Program-made: the position numbers and the translations under genes
Part shown: one piece after another, positions 37,106-46,470 of the stretch
How positions within the stretch are numbered: the stretch's first letter is position 1
How the letters are laid out: every line of letters starts with the position of its first letter
Virus record (IMG/VR): IMGVR_UViG_3300021475_000012
Coordinates: 1 to 62,037 of that record
Length of the DNA: 62,037 bases
Reading direction: 5' to 3' (one strand)
Origin: a virus
Lineage: Duplodnaviria; Caudoviricetes
The notes under the pieces: model-generated
The model's database searches: none
Told to the model about the DNA's origin: nothing
The model's input: the letters and a program-made list of their open reading frames with translations, nothing else

Positions 37106-37338
37106 CGCTGAAAGAACAGGTCGATCTCATCGACGCCCTGCCGGAAGCGGAGCGCAACGGCCTGGGGAACGTCTGCATCGGCTTCGACCGGGAGGTCCCG
37201 AAGAAGATCCTGAAGAGCCTGCAGAGCCGGGGGCTGATCGTCAGGAAGACCGATGGCAGATACGAGGTGGTCTCCCACTGGGTTCACTTCGCATGGTGCC
37301 GGTGGTGCAGCCGCCGGGAGGAAACAGGACCAACATGA
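37102..37338 (+). CDS. Hypothetical protein
   Basis: ATGA overlap. Confidence 0.6.
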   Translation: MTLKEQVDLIDALPEAERNGLGNVCIGFDREVPKKILKSLQSRGLIVRKTDGRYEVVSHWVHFAWCRWCSRREETGPT

Positions 37339-37544
37339 CCATGATCAACCGCAACCCGCGCAAGGACCCGATGATCGTGCTTTGGGCTTCGGCGCACCGC
37401 AACGTCCTCAGCGAACTGGCGCGGCAATTCAACGTCACCCCCCAGTTCTGCCACATGGTTCTGTACGCCCACCGCAAGAGCCGGGATGGCCGGATCGAGC
37501 GGGCCCTCAGAGAATTGGGGGCCCCGATTAAATTCCAGGGATAG
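37335..37544 (+). CDS. Small HTH protein
   Basis: SELARQFNVTPQFCHMVL..HRKS. Confidence 0.6.
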   Translation: MTMINRNPRKDPMIVLWASAHRNVLSELARQFNVTPQFCHMVLYAHRKSRDGRIERALRELGAPIKFQG

Positions 37545-37553
37545 GAGACGACG

Positions 37554-37814
37554 ATGGAACGAGGATCGCCGGAGTGGATTTTGTATCACGCTACCCAGGC
37601 CAGCAAGAACTCTTCGGACCAGCTGATGGTGATTGCCGAAACCGCCACCAAGCGCAACAAGGTGGACCAGATCCAGCTGAGCCAGGAGGACATCATGAAG
37701 GTAGCCCTGACCCTGAGCGAGATCCAGCACCAGAGCTTCATGCTGGGCATCCAGGTAGGCCTGGAGACGGCCAAGCTGATGGTCACCCAGGACGGCGAGA
37801 CCCCACCGGCTTGA
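37554..37814 (+). CDS. Hypothetical protein
   Basis: AGGAG SD. Confidence 0.65.
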   Translation: MERGSPEWILYHATQASKNSSDQLMVIAETATKRNKVDQIQLSQEDIMKVALTLSEIQHQSFMLGIQVGLETAKLMVTQDGETPPA

Positions 37815-37877
37815 CCCCCATTTGGTTTAAATGTAACCATGTGATTGGCCAGACTTTTTTGGGGCCCCGGAGAGAAC

Positions 37878-38075
37878 TTGACCGACACGCAGCTTTACCT
37901 CGCCATTGGCATCCCCATCGTCTTCAACTTCGGGATCACGCTGGCGTTCTTTGTGATGATCAACAGTAATATCGCCACCCGCTTTGAAGCCATGGAGAAG
38001 CTGTTCACTGAGAAGCTCTTCCGCGTGGAGCAGGTAATGGATGCGCGGCTGAAACACCTGGAGGAGAAACAGTAA
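37878..38075 (+). CDS. Small single-TM coiled-coil protein
   Basis: TTG start; TDTQLYLAIGIP...RVEQVMDARLKHLEE. Confidence 0.65.
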   Translation: MTDTQLYLAIGIPIVFNFGITLAFFVMINSNIATRFEAMEKLFTEKLFRVEQVMDARLKHLEEKQ

Positions 38076-38223
38076 TGCTGCTACTGAAAGTTGCTTTTGA
38101 ACTCGCCATTGCTTATGCCATTCTCTGGGTGATTGGGACGGTGGTAGGAACCATCGTTATGGCATTCCTGGGCCTGAAGTATCCTTCCCAGGAGAGCGGT
38201 GAACAGCGGTTGAGAAAACTGGG

Positions 38224-40638
38224 CTACTGAGCCTTCAGCAGTTGCCGTAGTTGCTGGCCCACCATGTCATGCAAGGGAGCGCGGTCCCCTGGGCTCAACT
38301 CCCCCAGGACCATGTTGATGTAGGCCCGTTGCTCCAAGTCCGATTGCCTCTCCCACCACCCAGGATCTTCCACATCCCTTGAATCGATCAGCCATCGGGC
38401 AACCTTGGTAGCGCGGGTTGCAGCCTTCCCAGGCGCAGCGGCGGCGGGAGGTGTGGCCGGTGGAGCAGCAGTTGATTTCGGTGCAGGCTTAGGCTCCGGC
38501 TTAGCCGGTGGAGGTGCTGCTTCCGGCTCCGGCTCCGGCGCTCCCTTCTCAGCCATCAACTCCCGCATCCGCATCTCGATGTGATCGCTGGCTACGTCTG
38601 GCTTCCTTGCCCGCTTTCCTCCCTTACCCAGGTCCCGGCTCTTGGGACGCGCCAGCTTCACCCACTTGTTCTTATCGCTAATGTCCATGTCCCTCCAGTC
38701 TCCTGGAGTCTTCTTGTTATCGAGTAAGTACTGGGCGATGTCGGTATCTTTGTTCAGCGTGTCCCTGGCTCCATCCACGCCATGGGGCTCGACCATGTCC
38801 TGGTAACGTTGCGGCCAACTATCCTGCTCCTTCGGTTCGGGCTTCGGCTCAGGCTTTGGTTCAGGCTTCGCTTCTACTTTGGGTTCCTCTGCCTTCGGCG
38901 GGTTCTCCATGGGGTTTGCCACGGGGGCCGGGGGCATGGGTGCCGCCGGGGGCGCGGGCGCAGCGGGGGCGGCTTCCCTTCCGAAACGGTTAAACGCTCC
39001 GCTCTTCACGTCATCGAGCGTGGGCACCCGCTGGTTCTTGGCAACGAAGGCATCGAGGTTGGCCTTCGCCTGGGGATTCAGCGTTCCGTAATCGGAGCCG
39101 TACATCTCATTCGCGGAGACGTTGAGTAGAGCCGGTGCCGGAGCCGGTGGAGAAGCCAGGGTTCCTCCAGCTGCGCCAGGAGGTGACGTCATCGGCGGCG
39201 GCTCAGGAGTCTTCGGCGCGGCTCCGGTCTTGCTGGCGATCTGCGCCTCGATCTGCGCATCGGTGACCGGCGGCAAGGCTCCAGCTGGTGTTGGCAGGGG
39301 GCCCTTGATCTTGGGTAAAGGAAGATCAGGATATTGAGCCGCGTATTGCCGCAGCCATTCATCACTGCCGAATACCGGAGGAGGGGAACCGGGAGGTGGC
39401 ACCGCAGGTTCTCGCGGCGCTCCCGAAATGTCAACGGACTGTGGCGGCGGCGGCAACGTAGCAGGCTGGCCCATCAACTCAGGCCGGGGTTCTATCAGCG
39501 TAGGCTCCGGGGGTTCCGGGAGCGAAGTCACCGGAGCGGCCTGTTGCTTGGGGACCTGACTGCCACCGAAGCCGCCCACCCGCTTGGTGGGGAGCGTGTC
39601 CGGTGCCGGGGGCACCACTGTTGGACTCACCGGAGGTGGACCCATGATCTCAGGCCGGGGTTCTACTCCCGGAACATCGGGGACCGTCGTAGGATCAATC
39701 GACGTGGTAACGGGAGTATTCTGCCGGGGGACTTTGCTGCCACCAAAACCTCCCTTTCGCATAGTGGCGAACAGGTCCGGTTGCGATGTTGGCGGCTGCG
39801 GTTTCTGCGACTGGTTCCGCAGCTTCCGCTCCATGTCCTCGAACTTGAACGACTGCAGAGTCTTCAGCCAATCGGGAGGAGGATTCATTCCTCCCTTCGG
39901 TCCCACGCCAAGACCTAAACCCCAATTCCCAGGCTCAGGCTCACTGCCATGCTTCAGAAACTCTTCGGCTCCGGCAGTGGACTTAGACGGGGGCGTCATT
40001 CCATAAGCCTTTAAGGCCAACTTAACCGTCGAAGGAATCCCAGGTATCTTAGCAATCCAGGGAGCAACCGCTCTTAGGTTGACCTTCTCCGGCAGTTTGC
40101 TTGCGCCATATCCGGTCAACCCTCCAACTACATCGCCCACGGCATGAGAGACACCCTCAGGAAGACCCAGCCCCTGGGGACCGGAAGCAAACTGGGCGGC
40201 TCCTGCGGCGGGGATGGCCGCAGCCGTACCGACTAATGCGGGCAAGCTGCTCAGCGATAAGGCCGCAGCATAAGGGTATGCCATGCCAAGACCGCCCCGG
40301 AAGATATCGCTCAGCCCGCCGATGGTGTCGCTAACATTGGTGCCCAGCTTACCGACACCTTCTTCCAGCTGCTTCTCCCCTTCCACCATGGGGCCGAAGA
40401 AGCCGCCGGGGCTTGGCGTACCCTTAGCCCTAGCACCGGTCTTACCGGTTCCGGCAGTGGCGGCAGGCTTCACAGAGAGAAGCTTGATGATCTCATCAGA
40501 ACCATAGCCGCCCTCTTCCTGGGCCGCTTTGATCTTAGGCGCAAGCTCCGGGTGAGAGCTTCTCAGGAAGTCGATGATCTCGTCATTCGAGTAACCACCC
40601 TTCCTCGCGTCTTCGATCTGGGAAGCGATATCGGCCAT
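38224..40638 (-). CDS. Pro-rich internal virion/ejection protein
   Basis: Last gene of the virion operon; duplicated N-terminal GYSxDEII motif; low complexity. Confidence 0.65.
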   Translation of the reverse strand: MADIASQIEDARKGGYSNDEIIDFLRSSHPELAPKIKAAQEEGGYGSDEIIKLLSVKPAATAGTGKTGARAKGTPSPGGFFGPMVEGEKQLEEGVGKLGTNVSDTIGGLSDIFRGGLGMAYPYAAALSLSSLPALVGTAAAIPAAGAAQFASGPQGLGLPEGVSHAVGDVVGGLTGYGASKLPEKVNLRAVAPWIAKIPGIPSTVKLALKAYGMTPPSKSTAGAEEFLKHGSEPEPGNWGLGLGVGPKGGMNPPPDWLKTLQSFKFEDMERKLRNQSQKPQPPTSQPDLFATMRKGGFGGSKVPRQNTPVTTSIDPTTVPDVPGVEPRPEIMGPPPVSPTVVPPAPDTLPTKRVGGFGGSQVPKQQAAPVTSLPEPPEPTLIEPRPELMGQPATLPPPPQSVDISGAPREPAVPPPGSPPPVFGSDEWLRQYAAQYPDLPLPKIKGPLPTPAGALPPVTDAQIEAQIASKTGAAPKTPEPPPMTSPPGAAGGTLASPPAPAPALLNVSANEMYGSDYGTLNPQAKANLDAFVAKNQRVPTLDDVKSGAFNRFGREAAPAAPAPPAAPMPPAPVANPMENPPKAEEPKVEAKPEPKPEPKPEPKEQDSWPQRYQDMVEPHGVDGARDTLNKDTDIAQYLLDNKKTPGDWRDMDISDKNKWVKLARPKSRDLGKGGKRARKPDVASDHIEMRMRELMAEKGAPEPEPEAAPPPAKPEPKPAPKSTAAPPATPPAAAAPGKAATRATKVARWLIDSRDVEDPGWWERQSDLEQRAYINMVLGELSPGDRAPLHDMVGQQLRQLLKAQ

Positions 40639-42678
40639 CTATTTGAAGTACTCTGCCAACGGCTTGCGGCCCTTAGGGGTTCCTGCCGGTGGGTTATTCA
40701 TCGCTCCCCCGGCGTCAACGGCTCCAGGTCTGTTGGCTCCCATATCGGCGTAGGTATTAACCCAGGATTTTAATTCCCCAAAGTTAGACTTGAGAGTTTC
40801 AGCATTTAACTTACCGGCATCGGCCATCTCCTGGAAGTGGTTCATGATCTGAATACCCTTAGTCTGGTGGGCCACGCCAAGAGCGGTTGCAAACATCTTC
40901 AGGTTGGTTTGAAGCGCGGAGAACCTGGGGTCACCGGCTCCCACCTTCCCCGCCATGAAATCCTTCCAGCGGCTGGCAATCACGCCCAGCTGGTTCCCCT
41001 TCGGATCGTTCTCCAGCGAGTTGATTAACTCCTCAATCCTGGGAACATGCTTCTGAACAGTCTGGGCGAATTCGGCGGAACGCTGGGTAGCGGCGGTAAG
41101 CGGCTTCGGAAAGGACGCCACCACACGGGGCCCGCCACCGGCCCCCGCCGGAGCGGCTGGCGCAGCTGTAGCAGGCGCAGCGGCACCCCCAGTCCCCGCA
41201 GCCGGGGCAACCACACGCCCGCCAGGAAGACTCTTTTGAACCTTGGAAGTAACCGGGACCTGGATAATGCTGGTGGTTGGTTTGCCGCTCTTATCTACCG
41301 TGATAATCGTCCGGTTCTCCAGTGCGGAGCGTACCGTTGCCAGCATGCGGGGATCAACGATGGGAGAGTTATCGGCTTCGCTAATCACATGATCAATATC
41401 ACCCCGTGGATCGGTGAACGCCAACAACGCTCTTCCATCCGCAGTAAGCACCCTGGTCTTAGTGAGAGTAGGAGTGGTTGGAATGCCCCGGACTTCGTTG
41501 TTACTAATGTCCTGCTGTTGCGTGTACCACCTGTTAGAATCGATTGGATTGCCGTCAACGGTTAAGGAACCGGGAGGAAACTCATCACCTTTAATCACAC
41601 TGTGCGGCAGAATTGTGGGGCGGGCATAGTTGCTCATCTGCCCCTGCACGCCCATCAGCCGCAGCCGCATTTCAGCTTTCTGCAGCGGGTTCAGAGAGTC
41701 GTAGACCTTCTTCAGTTCCGGGTCATTCTGAACCAGATTGGTCATACGTTGCTCTTCTGCAATCCTATGTTGCAGCTGTTGCTGGTAGAGGGCATCGCTT
41801 TGCTGTAGAGCCAGCTGGTTCGCCTGCTCCAGCGAAGGCCGCTCCTTGGCGGCGGCGGCTGCGCCGATATCCCCAGGACCGCGTCCCGCAATCCAGAACT
41901 CTGGAGGAGCATCCGGGTACTTCAATGGCGCAGGCTGCGCCGGAGCCGGAGCCGCCGCCGGAGCGGCAGTGGAAGGGGCCGGTGGAATCGGTCCCGTAGC
42001 AGGCCCGCCGAAGCCGGTGGTGCTAACTTGGGAGCCCATCTGCATGGCCGGTTTTTCGCCTGGGATCGGAGCAGGACCGGTACCTACTCCGTTAGCGAAA
42101 GGGACAAGAGGGGAGATCAAGGGATTCCCCGCGAAGGCGCTCCCTGGGGGCGCACCGGGAACCGGGGGCCGCGCTACCGGAGCCGGTTGGGCAAAGGCCA
42201 CCGGAGGTGGCGCGGGGGGCACGATCCCGGCCCCAGGCGGCTGCGGCATGCCGGGGATCGACACGGGCGGGGCTGGCGCGGGAGCCGCTGCAGCTGGGGC
42301 GGGCGTAGGAGCGGGAGCCGGAGCGCCGGGGGTCATGGTGGGAACCCCCTTGTCCTGCCCGCCACCGGCACCGCCGCCGATGGCACCCCACGGGTTCCCC
42401 TGGAGACGGTTCATCACCTCCAGGTTTCGAGCGGCCTGCCACTTGCTCTTGCCCGCCTCGATCATGGGGCCGATGACGCTCTTGAAGTCCTTGGGGAAGT
42501 AGTTCATCTTCATCCCGGCTTCAAGGGCTTGGTCCACTTGCTCCGGGGTGTACTGCGAAGATGCAGCGTCCCTGAGATAGCTGGCCACGGGAGCGAAGGT
42601 CAGTTGCCGTGCGGCTTGATGCTGCTCTTCGGTGTGCGCCAGATGTCTGCCGATTAGTGCTCCAATGATTCCACCCAT
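40639..42678 (-). CDS. Internal virion/ejection protein
   Basis: Position; Pro/Ala/Gln-rich. Confidence 0.65.
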   Translation of the reverse strand: MGGIIGALIGRHLAHTEEQHQAARQLTFAPVASYLRDAASSQYTPEQVDQALEAGMKMNYFPKDFKSVIGPMIEAGKSKWQAARNLEVMNRLQGNPWGAIGGGAGGGQDKGVPTMTPGAPAPAPTPAPAAAAPAPAPPVSIPGMPQPPGAGIVPPAPPPVAFAQPAPVARPPVPGAPPGSAFAGNPLISPLVPFANGVGTGPAPIPGEKPAMQMGSQVSTTGFGGPATGPIPPAPSTAAPAAAPAPAQPAPLKYPDAPPEFWIAGRGPGDIGAAAAAKERPSLEQANQLALQQSDALYQQQLQHRIAEEQRMTNLVQNDPELKKVYDSLNPLQKAEMRLRLMGVQGQMSNYARPTILPHSVIKGDEFPPGSLTVDGNPIDSNRWYTQQQDISNNEVRGIPTTPTLTKTRVLTADGRALLAFTDPRGDIDHVISEADNSPIVDPRMLATVRSALENRTIITVDKSGKPTTSIIQVPVTSKVQKSLPGGRVVAPAAGTGGAAAPATAAPAAPAGAGGGPRVVASFPKPLTAATQRSAEFAQTVQKHVPRIEELINSLENDPKGNQLGVIASRWKDFMAGKVGAGDPRFSALQTNLKMFATALGVAHQTKGIQIMNHFQEMADAGKLNAETLKSNFGELKSWVNTYADMGANRPGAVDAGGAMNNPPAGTPKGRKPLAEYFK

Positions 42679-42681
42679 AAG

Positions 42682-43503
42682 TTAACTCCCCCAGATGCTC
42701 TTCGTGGTGTTGTTATTCATGCCGGTGGTAACACCACTGGTGATACCGCTTTCCAGGCCGGAAGCCAGTTGACCGGCCATGCTCATGCTGGCGTTATGTT
42801 CTCCCACATCCTGCCCCCTGCCGGTCATCAGGCTATCGTTAGCGGTTTGCAGCCCAGTGAGTCCCAGCTTGCTGATATCCACGCCCAGGCTGGAGAGCCA
42901 GTTGGCCAACTGCCCCTGGATACCGGCGATGTTACTCTGCGTTCCGCCGATGGCGTTGCGTGTCTGCGCAATCGTGTTCAGGTTAGTGGCCGCTGTGGGC
43001 TGCAGGGAATACAGCTGGTTATTCACCTCCCTGGCTTCAGCCTGCGGGAGCCCCGCGCTTACCACACCGGCAAACCCGCCGCGAGGCGTGTTCTGGTTGA
43101 TGTTGGTGTTGGCGTTGGCATAGTTCAGACCGGCCTGGGTGATGGTGGGGGCCATGGCTGCGTTGGTGGTGGCTGTGTCCCCGCTGAGCAGCTTGCTCCA
43201 ATAGCTCTGCGCGGGGTCCAGGGTGGAGGAAGCCGCCTTGGTGGTGTCGAGGGCCGTGCCGGTGGTGTCGCCCGCCGTCCCGAAGCCGGGGATGCCAGCG
43301 GCGGTGACGCCCTGCCCAGTCTGGTAGGAGCCGGTCCCCGAAGTGGAGAGCCAGTTCTGCAGGCTGCGCATCATCTCCGTAAGCGAGTTGCCGCCCAGGT
43401 TCTGCGTGGCGATCCCGCCCTGCATTTGGTTGTCGCCGCTCAGGCCGCTTGAATTGACCGGCGGCGCTCCAGGAGTCTTCAGATTGGTCAGACCGGGAAA
43501 CAT
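42682..43503 (-). CDS. DNA pilot/ejection protein (P22 gp7-like position)
   Basis: G/A/Q/T-rich helical protein after the tail genes. Confidence 0.6.
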   Translation of the reverse strand: MFPGLTNLKTPGAPPVNSSGLSGDNQMQGGIATQNLGGNSLTEMMRSLQNWLSTSGTGSYQTGQGVTAAGIPGFGTAGDTTGTALDTTKAASSTLDPAQSYWSKLLSGDTATTNAAMAPTITQAGLNYANANTNINQNTPRGGFAGVVSAGLPQAEAREVNNQLYSLQPTAATNLNTIAQTRNAIGGTQSNIAGIQGQLANWLSSLGVDISKLGLTGLQTANDSLMTGRGQDVGEHNASMSMAGQLASGLESGITSGVTTGMNNNTTKSIWGS

Positions 43504-43568
43504 AATAAGCCCCCTCTATATTATGGGGACCAGTCTTCCAGTCCCCTAACTACGTCCATCAGGATCAG

Positions 43569-43856
43569 CTACATCATCTTGTTGACCGTGACTTCCACGC
43601 TAGCTTGCAGATCCGTATCACTGATCGTGGGACCATCGGCCTGCACTGCGGCATCCATCACGGTGGGCGGCTGCACCTGTGAGGCAACCATATCCGGTTG
43701 CTGCATACAGTTTGCGGCCCAACGCAAGCGCGTGTTGTGGGCCGCAGTGCCGGTGGGCTCACCGATAATGCTATCGGCATATTTGAGGCAGGCAACCTTG
43801 ATCCTGCCCCGGAACTCCGGGTCCATCATGAGTGCTGCTGATTCGGTGTAAGTCAT
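43569..43856 (-). CDS. Tail-fibre-associated small protein
   Basis: ORF track, position. Confidence 0.65.
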   Translation of the reverse strand: MTYTESAALMMDPEFRGRIKVACLKYADSIIGEPTGTAAHNTRLRWAANCMQQPDMVASQVQPPTVMDAAVQADGPTISDTDLQASVEVTVNKMM

Positions 43857-43870
43857 AGTTTGATACCCTT

Positions 43871-46264
43871 CTAAGAATATTCAACCCAGGTCTGAACAGA
43901 TATTCCCGTGCCAACATTCTGGAGCCGATAGTAATTCCCTGGTAGCACCCACAACGAGATCACCGTTTGAAATCCATTACTACTAACCGGATTTGTCGCC
44001 ACTGTAATTGCCGTCCCAGGCACGGTGCCTGAATCACTATAAGCGGTAACCGATGTGCCGCTATTTGGAAGACTGAGCATCACAGTCACCCACATAGCTT
44101 TGCCGGTGGAGTTCGGATAGTTAGAGCCAAGCGCCCGCGAACCGGTAACCACACTCTGGGTGGAGAGACCACCGCTGATCGGCGTTCCATTGATGCGGTA
44201 CACGCCTGTGCAGTTCACGTCACCAGCGGCATCTACGGCGTAAGCAGGGGTTTTGCCAATGCCTATTTTGCCAGAAGTAACAACCAACGTACTGGCAACG
44301 GAACCGGAACGGATCATCTGGATTACGCCGGAAACCAAACCAAAACAGCCAATGCTCATATTTCCTGACGCATCAGAATTGATATCGACGGTTTGTCCAG
44401 GAACACCGATTTCCAGATATGAAGCGTAACCTGCGGCACAGGTCAAGAACGTTTGAGTGAGTCCAGCCGAATTATGTACGTTAAACTGCCCACTTGGTGC
44501 CGCCGTTCCTATCCCCACACTGCCGCCCGCAGAATTAAGTAGCAGCGATGCCCAGCCCGTGCCAACATGCTGCGCCTGTAACCAGCCATAATCCCCGGTG
44601 GCACTATAGCCAAAGGCCAGCCTTGAGTTACTCGTTGGGCCAGCAACAAGTAACGTGCCCCCTCCACTGCTTGGCGCAAGGTCTGTACCGATAATTTCTA
44701 CGTTGCCATTTGGGGTACTGGTCCCAATGCCGATACGTCCAACACTCGTGATCCGCATCCGTTCCCCAAGAGTGCCGGTGCTCATCGTGTAGAACACAAG
44801 GTTGCCTGAATCAATCCCTCCAACTGCATTGCCTGTGATCGCCGCAAGCCGCTTGTCTGTCGCAGAGATTGCGTAATTCGGGAAGCCCAGCAGGCCCACC
44901 GCATTACCTGAAACTGTGGCGCGTCCAGCGATGTGAAGTTCAGTGGCGACGTCAGTTGCCGATGCCGTATTGCCAATGAGTACCTGAAGGTTGTTGGCTG
45001 CCGCATCCGGCAAGGTTGTCATCGTGTTGCCGATGCCCACATTGCCGCCCAGAGTTTGCAAGCAAAGCGGATTACTACCAAGAGACTCTACCGTCATATA
45101 CGCAGAGGCTGGAGTCGCGTTGTAGAACCATAACATGCGTCCACGGTTCGCATTGCTCTGGCCTATGCTGATACCGCTATTTGCAACGTTACTGGTAACT
45201 GTAGCTTGAACACCACCAACCGCGCCAATCGCGCCAGTACCAACATCCAGCAAATTTGCAGGTATGCAGCCGATGCCCACATTGCCGGTTGCGGTAATCC
45301 GCATGCGCTCTGGCAACGCAACCGTTCCAGGTGCAATGGTGTAGAAAGCAATGTAACTGCCATGGCCCGTCGCGCTAAAGGTTTCCGCCGCCCTGATTGT
45401 TATCTGACTTGATCCGCCCCAAGCTGAGGTATCCCACCCTGCGCTATTCAAACCCAAAAGAACATCGTCTAACTGCGGTGGTGTTGGTGCGGCACTCGTA
45501 CTCCGCGCAGAGCGGCCCTGGATATAACCGCCCGCTCCACCAAAGCCCTCGAACAGCCCAACAGCGGCTCCAGAAGAGCTTACGTGAAGCGGCCAGATAG
45601 GTGCAGTGGTCCCTATACCAATCCGGCCTGCGTTGCTGAGGTTGAATGTTGCGCCGTCAATGTTACTCAGCCATGGGGTCTGCGATCCAGCCCCTATCGA
45701 TTCCCACCATGTGGGAGAGCTTGCCGGGGTGTGTCCTACATTGCCCGATTGCAGGGAAATATAGGCCACATTGAGATCACTGACCATGTCGCCTTGAGCG
45801 TAAGTGGTGCCCACTGCCCATGCGCCTTTGGGAGTATAGGCCACACCGGGAGGGCCTTGTGCTCCCGTGGCCCCAGTGGCTCCTTTGATGTTACAGACCA
45901 CACCTCCCCAGGAGCCGCCGGTCTTAGGGCCGTAGACATTACTCGTGGTTGAGTCGATGTACATATCCCCATTGGCCCCGGTAGCTGGTGAAGGAGGACC
46001 GGCGGCGACAATGTACTGTGGCGAGTAACCGGGGGTTCCGGTAGGGCCCTTGATATTACAGACGATGGGCCCCCAGACTCCACCCGCCTTTGGACCATAG
46101 ACGTCTCCCGTCAGATTGTTCAGGTACATGTCCCCGTTCGAGCCCAGCGTATTGGCGGGGACTCCAGCGGCGACGATCCAGACCGGCGAGACTCCGGCAG
46201 GACCGGCTGGACCAGGAGGGCCTTGAGGGCCGGGAGTGGCTACGGTCGCAAAGACGGTGCTCAT
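43871..46264 (-). CDS. Tail fibre with collagen-like repeats and carbohydrate-binding-like module
   Basis: GPxGPx triplets, duplicated NGDMY...VYGPK..G.WG, AWAVGTTYAQGD...TWW, repeated ERMRI...GNVGIG. Confidence 0.8.
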   Translation of the reverse strand: MSTVFATVATPGPQGPPGPAGPAGVSPVWIVAAGVPANTLGSNGDMYLNNLTGDVYGPKAGGVWGPIVCNIKGPTGTPGYSPQYIVAAGPPSPATGANGDMYIDSTTSNVYGPKTGGSWGGVVCNIKGATGATGAQGPPGVAYTPKGAWAVGTTYAQGDMVSDLNVAYISLQSGNVGHTPASSPTWWESIGAGSQTPWLSNIDGATFNLSNAGRIGIGTTAPIWPLHVSSSGAAVGLFEGFGGAGGYIQGRSARSTSAAPTPPQLDDVLLGLNSAGWDTSAWGGSSQITIRAAETFSATGHGSYIAFYTIAPGTVALPERMRITATGNVGIGCIPANLLDVGTGAIGAVGGVQATVTSNVANSGISIGQSNANRGRMLWFYNATPASAYMTVESLGSNPLCLQTLGGNVGIGNTMTTLPDAAANNLQVLIGNTASATDVATELHIAGRATVSGNAVGLLGFPNYAISATDKRLAAITGNAVGGIDSGNLVFYTMSTGTLGERMRITSVGRIGIGTSTPNGNVEIIGTDLAPSSGGGTLLVAGPTSNSRLAFGYSATGDYGWLQAQHVGTGWASLLLNSAGGSVGIGTAAPSGQFNVHNSAGLTQTFLTCAAGYASYLEIGVPGQTVDINSDASGNMSIGCFGLVSGVIQMIRSGSVASTLVVTSGKIGIGKTPAYAVDAAGDVNCTGVYRINGTPISGGLSTQSVVTGSRALGSNYPNSTGKAMWVTVMLSLPNSGTSVTAYSDSGTVPGTAITVATNPVSSNGFQTVISLWVLPGNYYRLQNVGTGISVQTWVEYS

Positions 46265-46470
46265 TGGTGGTTTCCGTTGGGCTCGATCTTGACCAGCTTG
46301 TCACCCACGAGGTTCCAGTTACCCTGTAAGTTACGCAGGCGAGTGATGGCGCGGAGCACGGCCTGGGTCTCCTTCTGCATGGTCTCCACGGCTTCAATCA
46401 TGGGCTTGATCATGCCCAGTTCATCGGTTGTTAGTTCGTATTCGTTCTGTACGTTTTCCATAAGCGTCAC
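46261..46470 (-). CDS. Small tail-associated protein
   Basis: ORF track, overlaps both neighbours. Confidence 0.6.
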   Translation of the reverse strand: MTLMENVQNEYELTTDELGMIKPMIEAVETMQKETQAVLRAITRLRNLQGNWNLVGDKLVKIEPNGNHQ

